Assembly: GCA_963749915.1 (NCBI GenBank)
Contig: CAVVOP010000032.1
Coordinates: 117,902-181,901 of the forward strand
DNA: 64,000 nucleotides
Direction of reading: 5' to 3'
Source: an uncultured cyanobacterium
GTDB lineage: Bacteria; Cyanobacteriota; Cyanobacteriia; Cyanobacteriales; Cyanobacteriaceae
In this document: positions 1 to 9,884 of the stretch, piece after piece
Layout: the number at the start of each line of letters is the position of its first letter
Position numbering within the stretch: the first letter of the stretch is position 1
Notes under the pieces: generated by a model
What the model saw: the letters and a program-made list of their open reading frames with translations, nothing else
The model's database searches: none
What the model was told of the DNA's origin: nothing
Translations under genes and position numbers: made by a program

Positions 1-32
1 ACTAATGGTGACGTCACCGTTAAAACTAAACC

Positions 33-78
33 TTGACACTCCCACCGACATAATCAAAGATTATGTCGGTGGATTCTT
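33..78. mobile_element. IS200/IS605-type subterminal hairpin (solo end / REP-like element)
   Basis: Perfect 14-bp inverted repeat CCACCGACATAATC-aaa-GATTATGTCGGTGG (42-72) framed by TTGACACTCCC...GGATTCTT, the framing I recognise from cyanobacterial IS605-family ends. Confidence 0.55.
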
Positions 79-230
79 ACCTCATCGTGTCATTGCCAGT
101 GCCACCCACGATCAAGTTATTACCGAGGCCACCCCTTAGGAGATCATTGCCAGCTTGCCCATAAAGGACATCATTGCCATTCCCTCCAAAAAGCACATCA
201 TTACCGGCTTCACCGTAGAGACGATCATTT
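77..230 (-). pseudogene. RTX (hemolysin-type) calcium-binding repeat fragment
   Basis: Minus strand reads [50 protein letters not shown] (GGxGxDxL nonamers); no start codon, ends at the hairpin. Confidence 0.75.
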
Positions 231-821
231 TATATTTTCCAAAGAACCCCAAATTTACAGTCATTTTATTTACAATCATTAAGGATAGTTAAATTTTGTT
301 AAAGTTTGGAAAAGTTAAACCTGAGTTTGTTTATTATAATTATATGCTTTAGAAAAATATCTAGTTAAGATTTATTGCCAGAAAAATTTATCAACAATCA
401 CAGACAAAATAAAAAAGAAAAACGGTTAAAAAGATTACTCAATTTGTCAGAATAAAAAAAACAAAATATTACTACGGTTAACTATATCTTCCAGCATATT
501 TCTACATTTAACTACGTTTTTTGGTCTGTATTAGTCGGTTAATTATTCAGTCTTCTTTATATTTTGATCAGTTAAATCTGTTAAAATTGAGTATGTTTTC
601 AGTTGCTATCCATCAAGACTACTTGTTTACGTTTTAATAGATCTCTCCAAAAACCCTTATTTTTTGGGTGATGTAATAAGGCTTTTAGCATAATTGTGGG
701 AGATGTCTAATATACAAAATCGCAATAATTGACTATTGCTCATCGACTACATCATGGGTGGGTGGTGGCTTGGATCCGAAGTTTTATTCATAAAAATTGA
801 TACCTTTAAGGAGTTAAACCA

Positions 822-2534
822 ATGGCTATATCCTCTTTACCTTTTCCCGAAATGGCTGAACAAAAATCCCATATATCTCATCTTATTGATAAACGTTTGA
901 TGACCCAGGAAACATCCCTTCCCCATGATACGAGTAATTATCCCCCTCATCTCTCTCTTTATGGTTTGGATAAGTTAGGGATTAAAAATCCTACTCATGT
1001 TTACCGTAATTTGTCCGTGCCTAAATTAATTGAACATTCTTTGGCTAAAGGAGAGGGAATTCTAGCTGACAATGGAGCTTTATGTGTGAAAACGGGGAAA
1101 TATACAGGGCGATCGCCTAAAGATAAGTTTATTGTAGATGAACCAACCTCAAGGGAAGAAATTCACTGGAATGAGTTAAATGTGGCGATTTCCGAGGAAA
1201 ATTTTAATTTGTTATACCGCAGAGTTATTTCTTATTGTCAAAAACGAGATCTCTATATTTTTGACGGTTATGTAGGTGCAGATCCCCGTTATCGCATGAG
1301 TGTGAGAATCATTAACGAGTTGGCATGGCAGAATTTATTTGCACATCAGATGTTTATTCGTCCTACCTCAGAAGAATTAGCCACTCACCAAGCAGATTTT
1401 ACTGTAATTTGTGTTCCCGGATTACATAGTGATCCTGACTTTGATGACGGTGTTAACTCGGAAGCATTTATCGTAGCGAACTTTGCCAAAAAATTAATTA
1501 TCATCGGCGGCTCAAAATATGCCGGAGAAGCGAAAAAAGCGGTTTTTTCTTTGATGAATTATTTTATGACCTTAAAAGATGTTCTACCGATGCACTGTTC
1601 TGCTAATATTGGTCACGACGGGAATACAGCCCTCTTTTTTGGTTTGTCGGGTACTGGTAAGACTACTCTTAGTGCTGACCCTCAAAGATTTTTAATCGGT
1701 GATGATGAGCATGGTTGGTCTCAAGATGGTATCTTTAATTTTGAAGGAGGTTGCTATGCAAAAACTATCAGTCTATCCTATGACAATGAGCCTCAAATTT
1801 GGTCTGCGATTCGTTTTGGTGCCATCGCCGAAAATGTAGTCTTAGACCCCTTTAATCGTCATCCTGACTATGATGATGCCCGTTGGACAGAAAACACCAG
1901 AGTCGCCTATCCCATTAGTCATATCCCTGACTGTGTTATCCCCGGTATAGGGGGTCATCCAAAAACCGTAATTTTCCTCACCGCCGATGCTTTTGGAGTG
2001 CTACCGCCTATCTCCCTCTTAACCAAAGAACAAGCCATGTACCATTTTATGTCAGGTTACACCAGTAAGGTAGCGGGGACGGAAAGAGGCATAACTGAAC
2101 CACAAGCCACATTTTCAGCCTGTTTTGGTAAACCCTTCTTACCTCTGTCGGCGGTAGTCTATGGCAAGATGTTAGGGGAAAGACTGGAAAAATATAATTC
2201 TAAAGTATATCTCATTAACACAGGATGGACTGGGGGAAGTTATGGTGTCGGTAGTCGTATCTCCATCAAAGATACACGGGCAATGGTTTCCGCCGCCTTA
2301 AACGGTGATTTAGATAATGTCAAATTCTCTCCTCATCCTATTTTTAAGGTATTAGTGCCTGAAAGTGTCCCTAACGTCTCCCCTAATATTTTAAACCCGG
2401 AACATACATGGAGTAATCCAAATGCTTACTATAAGCAAGCCAATAAATTAGCACAATTATTCCAAGAAAACTTCTGTCGATACCACATCCAAGACGAGGA
2501 GATGTTAAAAGCACAACCGCAACCGATAAATTAA
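822..2534 (+). CDS. pckA: phosphoenolpyruvate carboxykinase (ATP)
   Basis: TGKYTGRSPKDKF, FFGLSGTGKTTLS, LIGDDEHGW and FNFEGGCYAK motifs; true start may be slightly downstream. Confidence 0.97.
   Translation: MAISSLPFPEMAEQKSHISHLIDKRLMTQETSLPHDTSNYPPHLSLYGLDKLGIKNPTHVYRNLSVPKLIEHSLAKGEGILADNGALCVKTGKYTGRSPKDKFIVDEPTSREEIHWNELNVAISEENFNLLYRRVISYCQKRDLYIFDGYVGADPRYRMSVRIINELAWQNLFAHQMFIRPTSEELATHQADFTVICVPGLHSDPDFDDGVNSEAFIVANFAKKLIIIGGSKYAGEAKKAVFSLMNYFMTLKDVLPMHCSANIGHDGNTALFFGLSGTGKTTLSADPQRFLIGDDEHGWSQDGIFNFEGGCYAKTISLSYDNEPQIWSAIRFGAIAENVVLDPFNRHPDYDDARWTENTRVAYPISHIPDCVIPGIGGHPKTVIFLTADAFGVLPPISLLTKEQAMYHFMSGYTSKVAGTERGITEPQATFSACFGKPFLPLSAVVYGKMLGERLEKYNSKVYLINTGWTGGSYGVGSRISIKDTRAMVSAALNGDLDNVKFSPHPIFKVLVPESVPNVSPNILNPEHTWSNPNAYYKQANKLAQLFQENFCRYHIQDEEMLKAQPQPIN
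1109..1116. repeat. HIP1 octamer GCGATCGC (first of about 20 copies across the window)
   Basis: Also near 3013, 18070, 19458, 28282, 29530, 34223, 45192, 57931, 61669; cyanobacterial highly iterated palindrome. Confidence 0.9.
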
Positions 2535-2682
2535 TTCTTCGTGTTGGCATTGCTTGCTTTTCCCATGGGCAATTAACGCTCTTTCTTCTGGAACTTTCGG
2601 AAAACTTTTGCTAAATCTAGATTCTGCAACCTTTATTTTATCAGTGCTGCCGTAGGCAATCGCTCTGCGAGACCGCTTTCTG

Positions 2683-3891
2683 TTAGTTAGCGATCCCGCA
2701 ATAGTTCAAGGTTTTATTACTTACCCTCGGAAGACGCCCCTTGAAACGGCATAATATTTCCCATGAAATTGTCCCAATCGCATTCGCCCAATCATCAGCA
2801 GTAATTTCCAAATCTTCTTCTCGACCTAATAAAGTTACAATTTCTCCTACTTCTAAGTCAGGAAAATCTGTGATATTTAACATTAATTGATCCATGGTAA
2901 TATTACCAATTTGAGGTGCAAATCTACCCTGAATTATTACCTTCATTTTATTTGATAATAAACGAGGAATCCCGTCAGCGTAACCAATTCCCACTACGGC
3001 CATCTTGATAGGGCGATCGCATTTAAAGGTATGACTATAGCTGACACCTGTATGAGGCGGTAAAGTTTTAATTTGCGTAATACGAGCTTTAACTTCTAAT
3101 GCTGGTTGTAGTTTAACCTTATCTTTTAAGTGAGGTGCAGGATAAATACCATATAAACTTAAACCGACTCTTACCATATCATAATGTAAATTGCGATCCC
3201 TTAAAGTACCGGCAGAATTGGCTAAATGTAAACGAGGGATATTGATACCACTGGCTTTTAATGCCGAAATCGCCTCTTCAAAACGAGAATGTTGTACTTT
3301 CATCATAGTTGAGTCAACATCATCGGCAGTGGCTAAATGGGAATAAATACTCGATAGATGTAACTGAGGGAATTGTTGGATATATTCAACGAAATCTACC
3401 GCAAGATGCCAATGAGTACCAAGTCTTGACATTCCCGTGTCTAACTTGAGATGTACGGGTAAAGTTGCCTTAAGACACTCTAAAGTTTCCGCAAAAATCA
3501 AAGCCTGTGAAGGGGTGCATAAAGTGGGCTCTAAGTCATATTTTACAATGTCTTTGACCTCATCTGCCGTGTTAATCGCTCCTAAAATGAGTATTGGTGC
3601 TGTAATACCTGCTTCCCTTAACTCCATGCCTTCAGATAAGGTAGCAATGGCTAAAGAATCCACCCCTGATTGCAAGATAGTTTCGGCTACTTTTACCGCA
3701 CCATGACCATAAGCATCGGCTTTGATGACTGCCATTAACTGAGTGTGAGGGTTTAAAAATTTCTTGAGTTCTTGTACATTGTTAGTCAAGGCTTGATGGT
3801 TAATATTAATCCATGCCCTTTGTTGTTGATATTGATGTTCAGAATAAGAATGATTCACGGTGACAATTGTCATTGAGTGCTTAAATATCAA
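2683..3891 (-). CDS. alr: alanine racemase
   Basis: AVIKADAYGHG PLP-lysine motif, HLKLDTGMSRLG, GYADG. Confidence 0.97.
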   Translation of the reverse strand: MIFKHSMTIVTVNHSYSEHQYQQQRAWININHQALTNNVQELKKFLNPHTQLMAVIKADAYGHGAVKVAETILQSGVDSLAIATLSEGMELREAGITAPILILGAINTADEVKDIVKYDLEPTLCTPSQALIFAETLECLKATLPVHLKLDTGMSRLGTHWHLAVDFVEYIQQFPQLHLSSIYSHLATADDVDSTMMKVQHSRFEEAISALKASGINIPRLHLANSAGTLRDRNLHYDMVRVGLSLYGIYPAPHLKDKVKLQPALEVKARITQIKTLPPHTGVSYSHTFKCDRPIKMAVVGIGYADGIPRLLSNKMKVIIQGRFAPQIGNITMDQLMLNITDFPDLEVGEIVTLLGREEDLEITADDWANAIGTISWEILCRFKGRLPRVSNKTLNYCGIAN

Positions 3892-3947
3892 ATTAATATT
3901 TATGTTAAGGTAACAGGTAAGTTTTTCGAGACAAAATTTTAATATTT

Positions 3948-4514
3948 ATGATTGCCGGTAACCCTATTAAAAAAAAGTTAAGTTTAGAGGATTTTCTGAA
4001 GTTCCCTGATACTAAACCCGCATCAGAATTTATTAACGGTGAAATTATACAAAAACCGATGCCTCAAGGAAAACATAGTTTAATACAAGGAGAATTAAGC
4101 TCTTTTATTAATCAGATTGCTCGAAAAGACAAAATTGCCTATGCTTTACCTGAAATTCGTTGCATAGTTAATAACCGTGTCATTGTGCCTGATATTGGGG
4201 TTTTCCTATGGAAAAACTTACCGAAAACAGACACTGGAGAAATTGCTAATAAATTTACTATTACCCCTGATTGGATTATCGAAATTTTATCACCTGAGCA
4301 ATCAACAAATAAAGTTATTGACAAAATATTATTCTGTTTAAATCATGGCTCAAAATTAGGTTGGTTAATCGATTGTGACGATCAATCTGTGATGATTTTA
4401 CAACCTAATCAATTACCAGAAATTAAATCTCAAGAAGAAATTTTAACGACATTAGATATATTTCTAAACTGGCAATTAACAGCAAAAATGATGTTTGATT
4501 GGCTCAAAATTTAG
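3948..4514 (+). CDS. Uma2 family (DUF820) restriction-endonuclease-fold protein
   Basis: KPASEFINGEIIQKPMPQGKHS, VPDI, PDWIIEILSPEQ. Confidence 0.9.
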   Translation: MIAGNPIKKKLSLEDFLKFPDTKPASEFINGEIIQKPMPQGKHSLIQGELSSFINQIARKDKIAYALPEIRCIVNNRVIVPDIGVFLWKNLPKTDTGEIANKFTITPDWIIEILSPEQSTNKVIDKILFCLNHGSKLGWLIDCDDQSVMILQPNQLPEIKSQEEILTTLDIFLNWQLTAKMMFDWLKI

Positions 4515-4586
4515 TTTTTCAATTATTTTCCTAATAAAATACTCAAAGAGAAACAAGAAAAATTTCTCACTCTCTGAGCATTTATT

Positions 4587-5465
4587 TTAAAATTGTACTA
4601 CTTTATATACTGTTGAACCGTTTTGGTAGAAAGTTTCATAATAAATACCTGCACAGTCATAGTATTGAACACCACCTTGTTGAACTACATTACATCCGTC
4701 GGGAAGATAGTTAACGACAACACCAACGGGAGGAGAAGTGATTATATAAGAGCCGTCGCTAGGTTGCATATAAACTCCATCAGAATATATATAAGAACTT
4801 GAACCAACGTAAACAGTATCGTAATAAGGTGGTGGTGTGGCAACAGTAGCTCCAAGTACAAGTCCTGCTGTTAATCCTGCTGCCGCAGCCCAAGCACCCC
4901 ATCCCGGTGGTGCATAATAACCGCCACCATACCAACCGCCACCATTCCAATTATCATTAACAAAGTCTTGGCGGTTATTCTGACGATTACCAGCATTTTC
5001 CTGACGGTTATCTTGGCGATTACCGGTATTTTCTTGACGATTACTCTGATTAGTTTGACGGTTATCTTGACGATTAGTTTGAGCATCACTGCGGTTAGTT
5101 TGTCGATTACTTTGAGACTCGCTTCGATTAGTTTGACGAGCTCCTTGATTTTGTTGACGACTACCTTGAGCTTCGCTTCTAGTATTTTGGCGACTTCCTT
5201 GACGACTTTGAGATGAATTACTGAAATTACCTCGATTTTGTAAACTGGAACTACTACCTATTCGTTGAGATGCTCCACCACCTCTATTCGCAGATCTTGA
5301 ACCACTAGATCTAGCACCGCCTGATCTTTGTACACTGCTAGTTCTAGCACCACCTCCTCTGCCGCCACCACCTCGCCCGGCATAGACAGCATCAGAAAAG
5401 ATAATAAGAGTTGTTAACAAAAGGGTAAAGGTAAAAATAAAAGGTTTATGGGATAAATTTTTCAT
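4587..5465 (-). CDS. secreted low-complexity protein with Gly/Arg tract, 11-aa RQxN repeats and DUF6515-like C-terminal domain
   Basis: Signal peptide, GRGGGG tract, RQENTGNRQDN-type repeats, hydrophobic segment, then V..LP.GC..V...G..YY.C.G.YY motif. Confidence 0.65.
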   Translation of the reverse strand: MKNLSHKPFIFTFTLLLTTLIIFSDAVYAGRGGGGRGGGARTSSVQRSGGARSSGSRSANRGGGASQRIGSSSSLQNRGNFSNSSQSRQGSRQNTRSEAQGSRQQNQGARQTNRSESQSNRQTNRSDAQTNRQDNRQTNQSNRQENTGNRQDNRQENAGNRQNNRQDFVNDNWNGGGWYGGGYYAPPGWGAWAAAAGLTAGLVLGATVATPPPYYDTVYVGSSSYIYSDGVYMQPSDGSYIITSPPVGVVVNYLPDGCNVVQQGGVQYYDCAGIYYETFYQNGSTVYKVVQF

Positions 5466-5523
5466 GGGATTAACTCCTTAACAATACTGATGTAAAAATT
5501 ATTTATTTTGAAATACAAGTTAT

Positions 5524-6300
5524 TTAGGGGGATGGAGGTAACATTTCAATTTGAACATCATCTTCAGAAGGTTTAAATTCAAAAATATCTGGAGAAATTG
5601 AAGGGTTAAAATTCCAATTAGAAAATAACACTGTATATTGGGGAAAATTAGGTAGTTTTTTGTAGGTGAGAATTACCTTTTTAATTAAAGGAGGTGTTTC
5701 TTGACTTATCCACAATTGCCCATCCCAATCATCGGTGACAATGAGTAAATGATCCGTTTCGACTCGATTAACGAAATCACTACCAATATATAATGGTTCT
5801 TCTGTGGCTTTCTCAATTGCACTACAAGGATTATTAACAAATAAATTAGACATGGGAATTGTAAAACCATACTTTTCCTCAATGACATTAACCAATTCAT
5901 CAAGAGTTGCCGGTGCTTCTTTCGTAGAAAAAACATTACGATCAGGAGAAGATAAAGTAAAAAATTTGCCGTTATAATAAAAACTCCTTTCCGCTTCGTC
6001 TCCCACAAAATTAGTTCTTAACATATTCGGTTTTTGTACCGAAACCTGATTATAAGCACTATATTGAACCTTTGAGCCTGATTCTAGTGTATTGTCATAT
6101 GTAATATCCATATCCACGGTAAAGGATTGTTTACTTTTGAGAAAATCACATACTTGGTTTAGCAATTCATCGGTAGTCAGGGATGGCGTTTCGGCGGCAG
6201 TAGCAGGATTAGCGTTATTTTGAGCCTGTATTTTTTCTACTAGGGTAAAAGTAGTAGTTAGGCTAAAGATAAACGCAAACAAGATACGAAAATGAATCAT
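5524..6300 (-). CDS. DUF2092 family periplasmic protein (LolA-like fold)
   Basis: Signal peptide; KVQYS...VQKPNMLR, FYYNGK, APATLD, PQYTVLFSNWN, FEFKP. Confidence 0.8.
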   Translation of the reverse strand: MIHFRILFAFIFSLTTTFTLVEKIQAQNNANPATAAETPSLTTDELLNQVCDFLKSKQSFTVDMDITYDNTLESGSKVQYSAYNQVSVQKPNMLRTNFVGDEAERSFYYNGKFFTLSSPDRNVFSTKEAPATLDELVNVIEEKYGFTIPMSNLFVNNPCSAIEKATEEPLYIGSDFVNRVETDHLLIVTDDWDGQLWISQETPPLIKKVILTYKKLPNFPQYTVLFSNWNFNPSISPDIFEFKPSEDDVQIEMLPPSP

Positions 6301-6402
6301 AAATGTATTGATAAATTTAATTTTATTATTAATTTAATTATCAGCCATACTTAAAGATTATATATAACTAAATTTGTCGGTTAGTTGCTCAAATTATTTT
6401 GT

Positions 6403-6478
6403 CTGCCCCCTAAATCCCCCAATCCTGGTGGACTTTCACGAATTTAGCTACCCCAAAGTTGGAGTAGCGGGGGACTTA
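6403..6478. repeat. cyanobacterial small dispersed repeat (CCCCCTAAATCCCCC...GGGGGACTT type), degenerate
   Basis: CCCCCTAAATCCCCCAATCCTGGTGGACTTT followed by CCCCAAAGTTGG...GGGGGACTT. Confidence 0.55.
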
Positions 6479-6571
6479 AACAAGCAGTATTGTAATCCAA
6501 CCTACTTTCCCATCGGCTAAGAAAGTGTCACAATAAAAGTTAATAATTCTTAATATTTTTTAGCAATCCGA

Positions 6572-8065
6572 ATGTCAGATAAAAGGAAAATCGTTGTAAT
6601 TGGTGCGGGATGGGCAGGTTTAGGTGCTACTCATCACCTGGTGAAGCAAGGTTATGATGTTACCCTATTAGAAGCCTCACCCCATGCTGGGGGACTGGTG
6701 GCAGGATGGAAAACCCCTCAAGGAAGAAGTGTGGAAGCGGGAATACACGGTTTTTGGTATCCTTATCAAAATATTTTCCGTCTAGTCAGGGAATTAAAGT
6801 TGCATCCCTTTACCCCGTTTACACGCTCAAATCAGTACTCTCCTTTTGGCTTAGAAACTCAATCCCCCCTTTTCCAAGAAAAACCCCCCTTACCCTCTCC
6901 TTTAGGCACTTTTATCTACCCCGAATTTTACCGTTTGCCTTTGCTCGATCGCCTTTCTGCCTTACCATTAATGTATGCTTTGGTGGATTTTGACAACTCT
7001 CACGAAGCATGGCAAAGGTACGATAAAGTAACGGCAAGGGAATTGTTCAGACAATACGGGGTATCAGAAAGACTATATCGAGAATCCTTTGAGCCGATGT
7101 TATTAGTAGGTTTATTTGCCCCCGGAGAACAATGCAGTGCCGCCGCCGCATTAGGGATGTTATACTATTTTATTCTCGCCCATCAACCGAATTTCGATGT
7201 GGTCTGGTGTCGTGGTACGGTCGGAGAAAAAATATTTCAGCCTTGGATTGACAAAATTACCGAATTAGGAGGCAAAGTTTTAACCAATAAAAGAGTGACT
7301 GATATTCTCATCGACCAGAAAGGAAAAGCCACTGGGGTTGTTTGCGGCGAGGAAACTTTCGAGACTGAAGCGGTGATTTCGGGAGTAAGCGTTACAGGAA
7401 TCAAAAAAATCATCAATAATAGCCAAAATTTGAGCAGATATCGAGAATTTCGCCACTTAAATAATTTAGGGGCGATCGATATTTTAGCGGTAAGATTATG
7501 GTTTGATAGACTGGTCAATATTCCCTTACCTTCTAACGCCTGTTTTGGATTTGATGCAACGACGGGATGGACATTTTTCGATCTTAATACCCTTCATGAT
7601 CAATATGAGGGGGAAAAAGGAAGCGTTGTCGAAGTTGACTTTTACCATGCCAATCAACTATTACCCATGAGTGATGAAGCGATTGTCAAAAAAGTGCATC
7701 AAGATTTGACTACTTGTATTGCCGATTTTGCCAATGCCGAGATTATTGATTATAGCGTGGTGCGAGTGCCTCAAGGCGTAACTCATTTTGCCCCCGGCAG
7801 TTATCAGCATTTATTAAGGGTAAATACTAGTATTCCTAACTTATTCATGAGTGGTGATTGGATTATAACAAATCATGGTTCATGGTCTCAAGAAAAAGCT
7901 TATGTCACGGGTTTAGAGGCGGCAAATCAGACCATTAATTACTTTAAGGAAGGTAAAAGTGCTAATATTATTCCCGTAGAAAAAGATGAACCCCATATCG
8001 AAATTGCTCGAATAATTAATCAAAATATCCGTACTTTTACTAACGGCCTATCAATTTTGAAATGA
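6572..8065 (+). CDS. FAD-dependent oxidoreductase (carotene desaturase/amine oxidase-like)
   Basis: VVIGAGWAGL dinucleotide motif, VEAGIHGFW, SWSQEKAYVTG. Confidence 0.85.
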   Translation: MSDKRKIVVIGAGWAGLGATHHLVKQGYDVTLLEASPHAGGLVAGWKTPQGRSVEAGIHGFWYPYQNIFRLVRELKLHPFTPFTRSNQYSPFGLETQSPLFQEKPPLPSPLGTFIYPEFYRLPLLDRLSALPLMYALVDFDNSHEAWQRYDKVTARELFRQYGVSERLYRESFEPMLLVGLFAPGEQCSAAAALGMLYYFILAHQPNFDVVWCRGTVGEKIFQPWIDKITELGGKVLTNKRVTDILIDQKGKATGVVCGEETFETEAVISGVSVTGIKKIINNSQNLSRYREFRHLNNLGAIDILAVRLWFDRLVNIPLPSNACFGFDATTGWTFFDLNTLHDQYEGEKGSVVEVDFYHANQLLPMSDEAIVKKVHQDLTTCIADFANAEIIDYSVVRVPQGVTHFAPGSYQHLLRVNTSIPNLFMSGDWIITNHGSWSQEKAYVTGLEAANQTINYFKEGKSANIIPVEKDEPHIEIARIINQNIRTFTNGLSILK

Positions 8066-8183
8066 GGGAGAGGACAATTCTCGAAAATCTAAAACTTGTA
8101 ATGCTTATCCAGAGGGAAGTCGAAGGGCGACTGAAGCATCTAAAATTACCTCAGTAGTTCCCCAAAATTCTCTTGACAGACCA
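8044..8183. mobile_element. MITE, copy A (140 bp), CTAA target duplication
   Basis: Ends CGGCCTATCAA / TTGACAGACCA; CTAA at 8040-8043 and 8184-8187; shares CAATTTTGAAATGAGGGA and TCTTGACAGACCA with copy B at 43601. Confidence 0.75.
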
Positions 8184-8244
8184 CTAAAGGTTTTTTATCA
8201 GATTCTTAGGTAATATTATAATTATTGAAAAATTTAATTGAATT

Positions 8245-8571
8245 ATGTTTAGTAAAAATAACCCAGATAAACAAACAAATAATCCCAAAGTTGAAGATTT
8301 AATTATTAATAATAGTTCCGAATCTTTAACATCAGAATCAGCCGAAATTGGTCAACAGCCTACGGTAAAATTGGTAGAGAAAATTAGCGGTATTTTATCC
8401 CCTTATTTTATCGTCATTGTCGGCCTATATTTATATGATGATAACTTTTTCTTTGGCACAATTTTAATATTAGTAGGTATTCTTTCTCTACTAAAAATTT
8501 CCTATGAAGATATTTGGCAATGGATAGAAAAAATTAAGCACCTTTTTAATCAAGATAATAAAATCGGATAA
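8245..8571 (+). CDS. hypothetical two-TM membrane protein
   Basis: 108-aa ORF with two hydrophobic segments. Confidence 0.7.
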   Translation: MFSKNNPDKQTNNPKVEDLIINNSSESLTSESAEIGQQPTVKLVEKISGILSPYFIVIVGLYLYDDNFFFGTILILVGILSLLKISYEDIWQWIEKIKHLFNQDNKIG

Positions 8572-8670
8572 ATCCTGTTGGGGAACCTCCACATTGTTTA
8601 TCATATATATACTCCCAATGGAGTAAAATAGTAACTGACACCGTAGCAGAATAGAAAAAAACAACTAACT

Positions 8671-9012
8671 ATGACTGAAGTCAGCAATAATAAAACCCTC
8701 GAGGCAATGAAAAACTTTGCGGAGCAATACGCTAAGCGTACAGATACTTACTTCTGTGTAGATCCCTCCGTTACGGCGGTAGTGATTCAAGGTTTAGCCA
8801 GTCATAAAGAGCAATTAGGCTCTCCTCTTTGCCCCTGCCGGCACTACGAGGATAAAGAAGCCGAAGTAAAAAATACTTTTTGGAATTGTCCTTGTGTGCC
8901 GATGAGAGAAAGAAAAGAATGTCATTGTATGTTATTTATTACCCCAGATAATGAATTTTCAGGGAAAGAACAACAAATTTCTTGGGAAGACTTACAGGCT
9001 GTCGAATTTTAG
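8671..9012 (+). CDS. ftrC: ferredoxin-thioredoxin reductase catalytic subunit
   Basis: LCPCRHY, WNCPCVPM, ECHCMLF cysteine motifs. Confidence 0.97.
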   Translation: MTEVSNNKTLEAMKNFAEQYAKRTDTYFCVDPSVTAVVIQGLASHKEQLGSPLCPCRHYEDKEAEVKNTFWNCPCVPMRERKECHCMLFITPDNEFSGKEQQISWEDLQAVEF

Positions 9013-9103
9013 ATTTTTTTAGTTTAATTAACCATTATTGACAATTATTGTGTTTTAAATTGTGGGCTGAGAATAAAATTAATTGCCAATTGCTAATTGG
9101 TAT

Positions 9104-9235
9104 TTAGTCTTCGTGATCCTCAAAAGGATCGCTTAATTCCGTAGAAGGAGGCCCAAAAGCGGTATAGATAGCGAATCCTGTAAAAGCGATTAACACAGCG
9201 CCAATACTAAATCCAATAATTGTTGCAGTTTCCAT
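9104..9235 (-). CDS. psbN: photosystem biogenesis protein PsbN (absent from the ORF track)
   Basis: Hand-translated [43 protein letters not shown]; divergent from psbH as is typical. Confidence 0.97.
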   Translation of the reverse strand: METATIIGFSIGAVLIAFTGFAIYTAFGPPSTELSDPFEDHED

Positions 9236-9323
9236 AAGTGCTATTTGTTTGTTAAATAAGAGTCTTCTTACTCTATAATATTACGACAGATAAGAAAAAT
9301 AATTGTAATATCTAAGGTTAAAT

Positions 9324-9527
9324 ATGTCACAACGCACTCGTTTAGGCGATATTCTCAAGCCTCTTAATTCAGAATATGGTAAAGTCGCTCCCGGATGGAG
9401 TACTACTCCTTTAATGGGAGTATTTATGCTCTTATTTTTGGTTTTTTTATTGATCATTTTACAAATTTATAACTCCTCTCTCTTACTTGAAGGGGTAAAT
9501 GTTGACTGGAGTAGTCTTGGTCAATAA
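9324..9527 (+). CDS. psbH: photosystem II protein PsbH
   Basis: [26 protein letters not shown]...ILQIYNSSL. Confidence 0.97.
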   Translation: MSQRTRLGDILKPLNSEYGKVAPGWSTTPLMGVFMLLFLVFLLIILQIYNSSLLLEGVNVDWSSLGQ

Positions 9528-9579
9528 ACGGAGAACTGTTGATTGTTGATCGTTAATTTTTTATTAGAATTTAATTATA

Positions 9580-9843
9580 ATGAATGTTTTTGGTATCGGA
9601 CTTCCAGAAATGATTTTGATTTTCGTGGTAGCTTTATTGATTTTTGGTCCTAAAAAATTACCCGAAATCGGCAAAAGTTTAGGTAAAACTATCAAGGGTT
9701 TTCAAGAGGCTTCGAGAGAGTTTCAAGAGGAGTTTAAAAAAGAAGCTCAACAAATGGAAGAGACTGTCTCTATGAATGCCAAATTAGAACCAAGTAATGA
9801 AACAGAAAAAAATGTATCTACTTCAGGGGAAAAAGTTAATTAA
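9580..9843 (+). CDS. tatA: twin-arginine translocase TatA/E
   Basis: [28 protein letters not shown]. Confidence 0.95.
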   Translation: MNVFGIGLPEMILIFVVALLIFGPKKLPEIGKSLGKTIKGFQEASREFQEEFKKEAQQMEETVSMNAKLEPSNETEKNVSTSGEKVN

Positions 9844-9884
9844 ATTGATTAACTGTCAACTTTCAACTTTCAACTGTTAAAATT

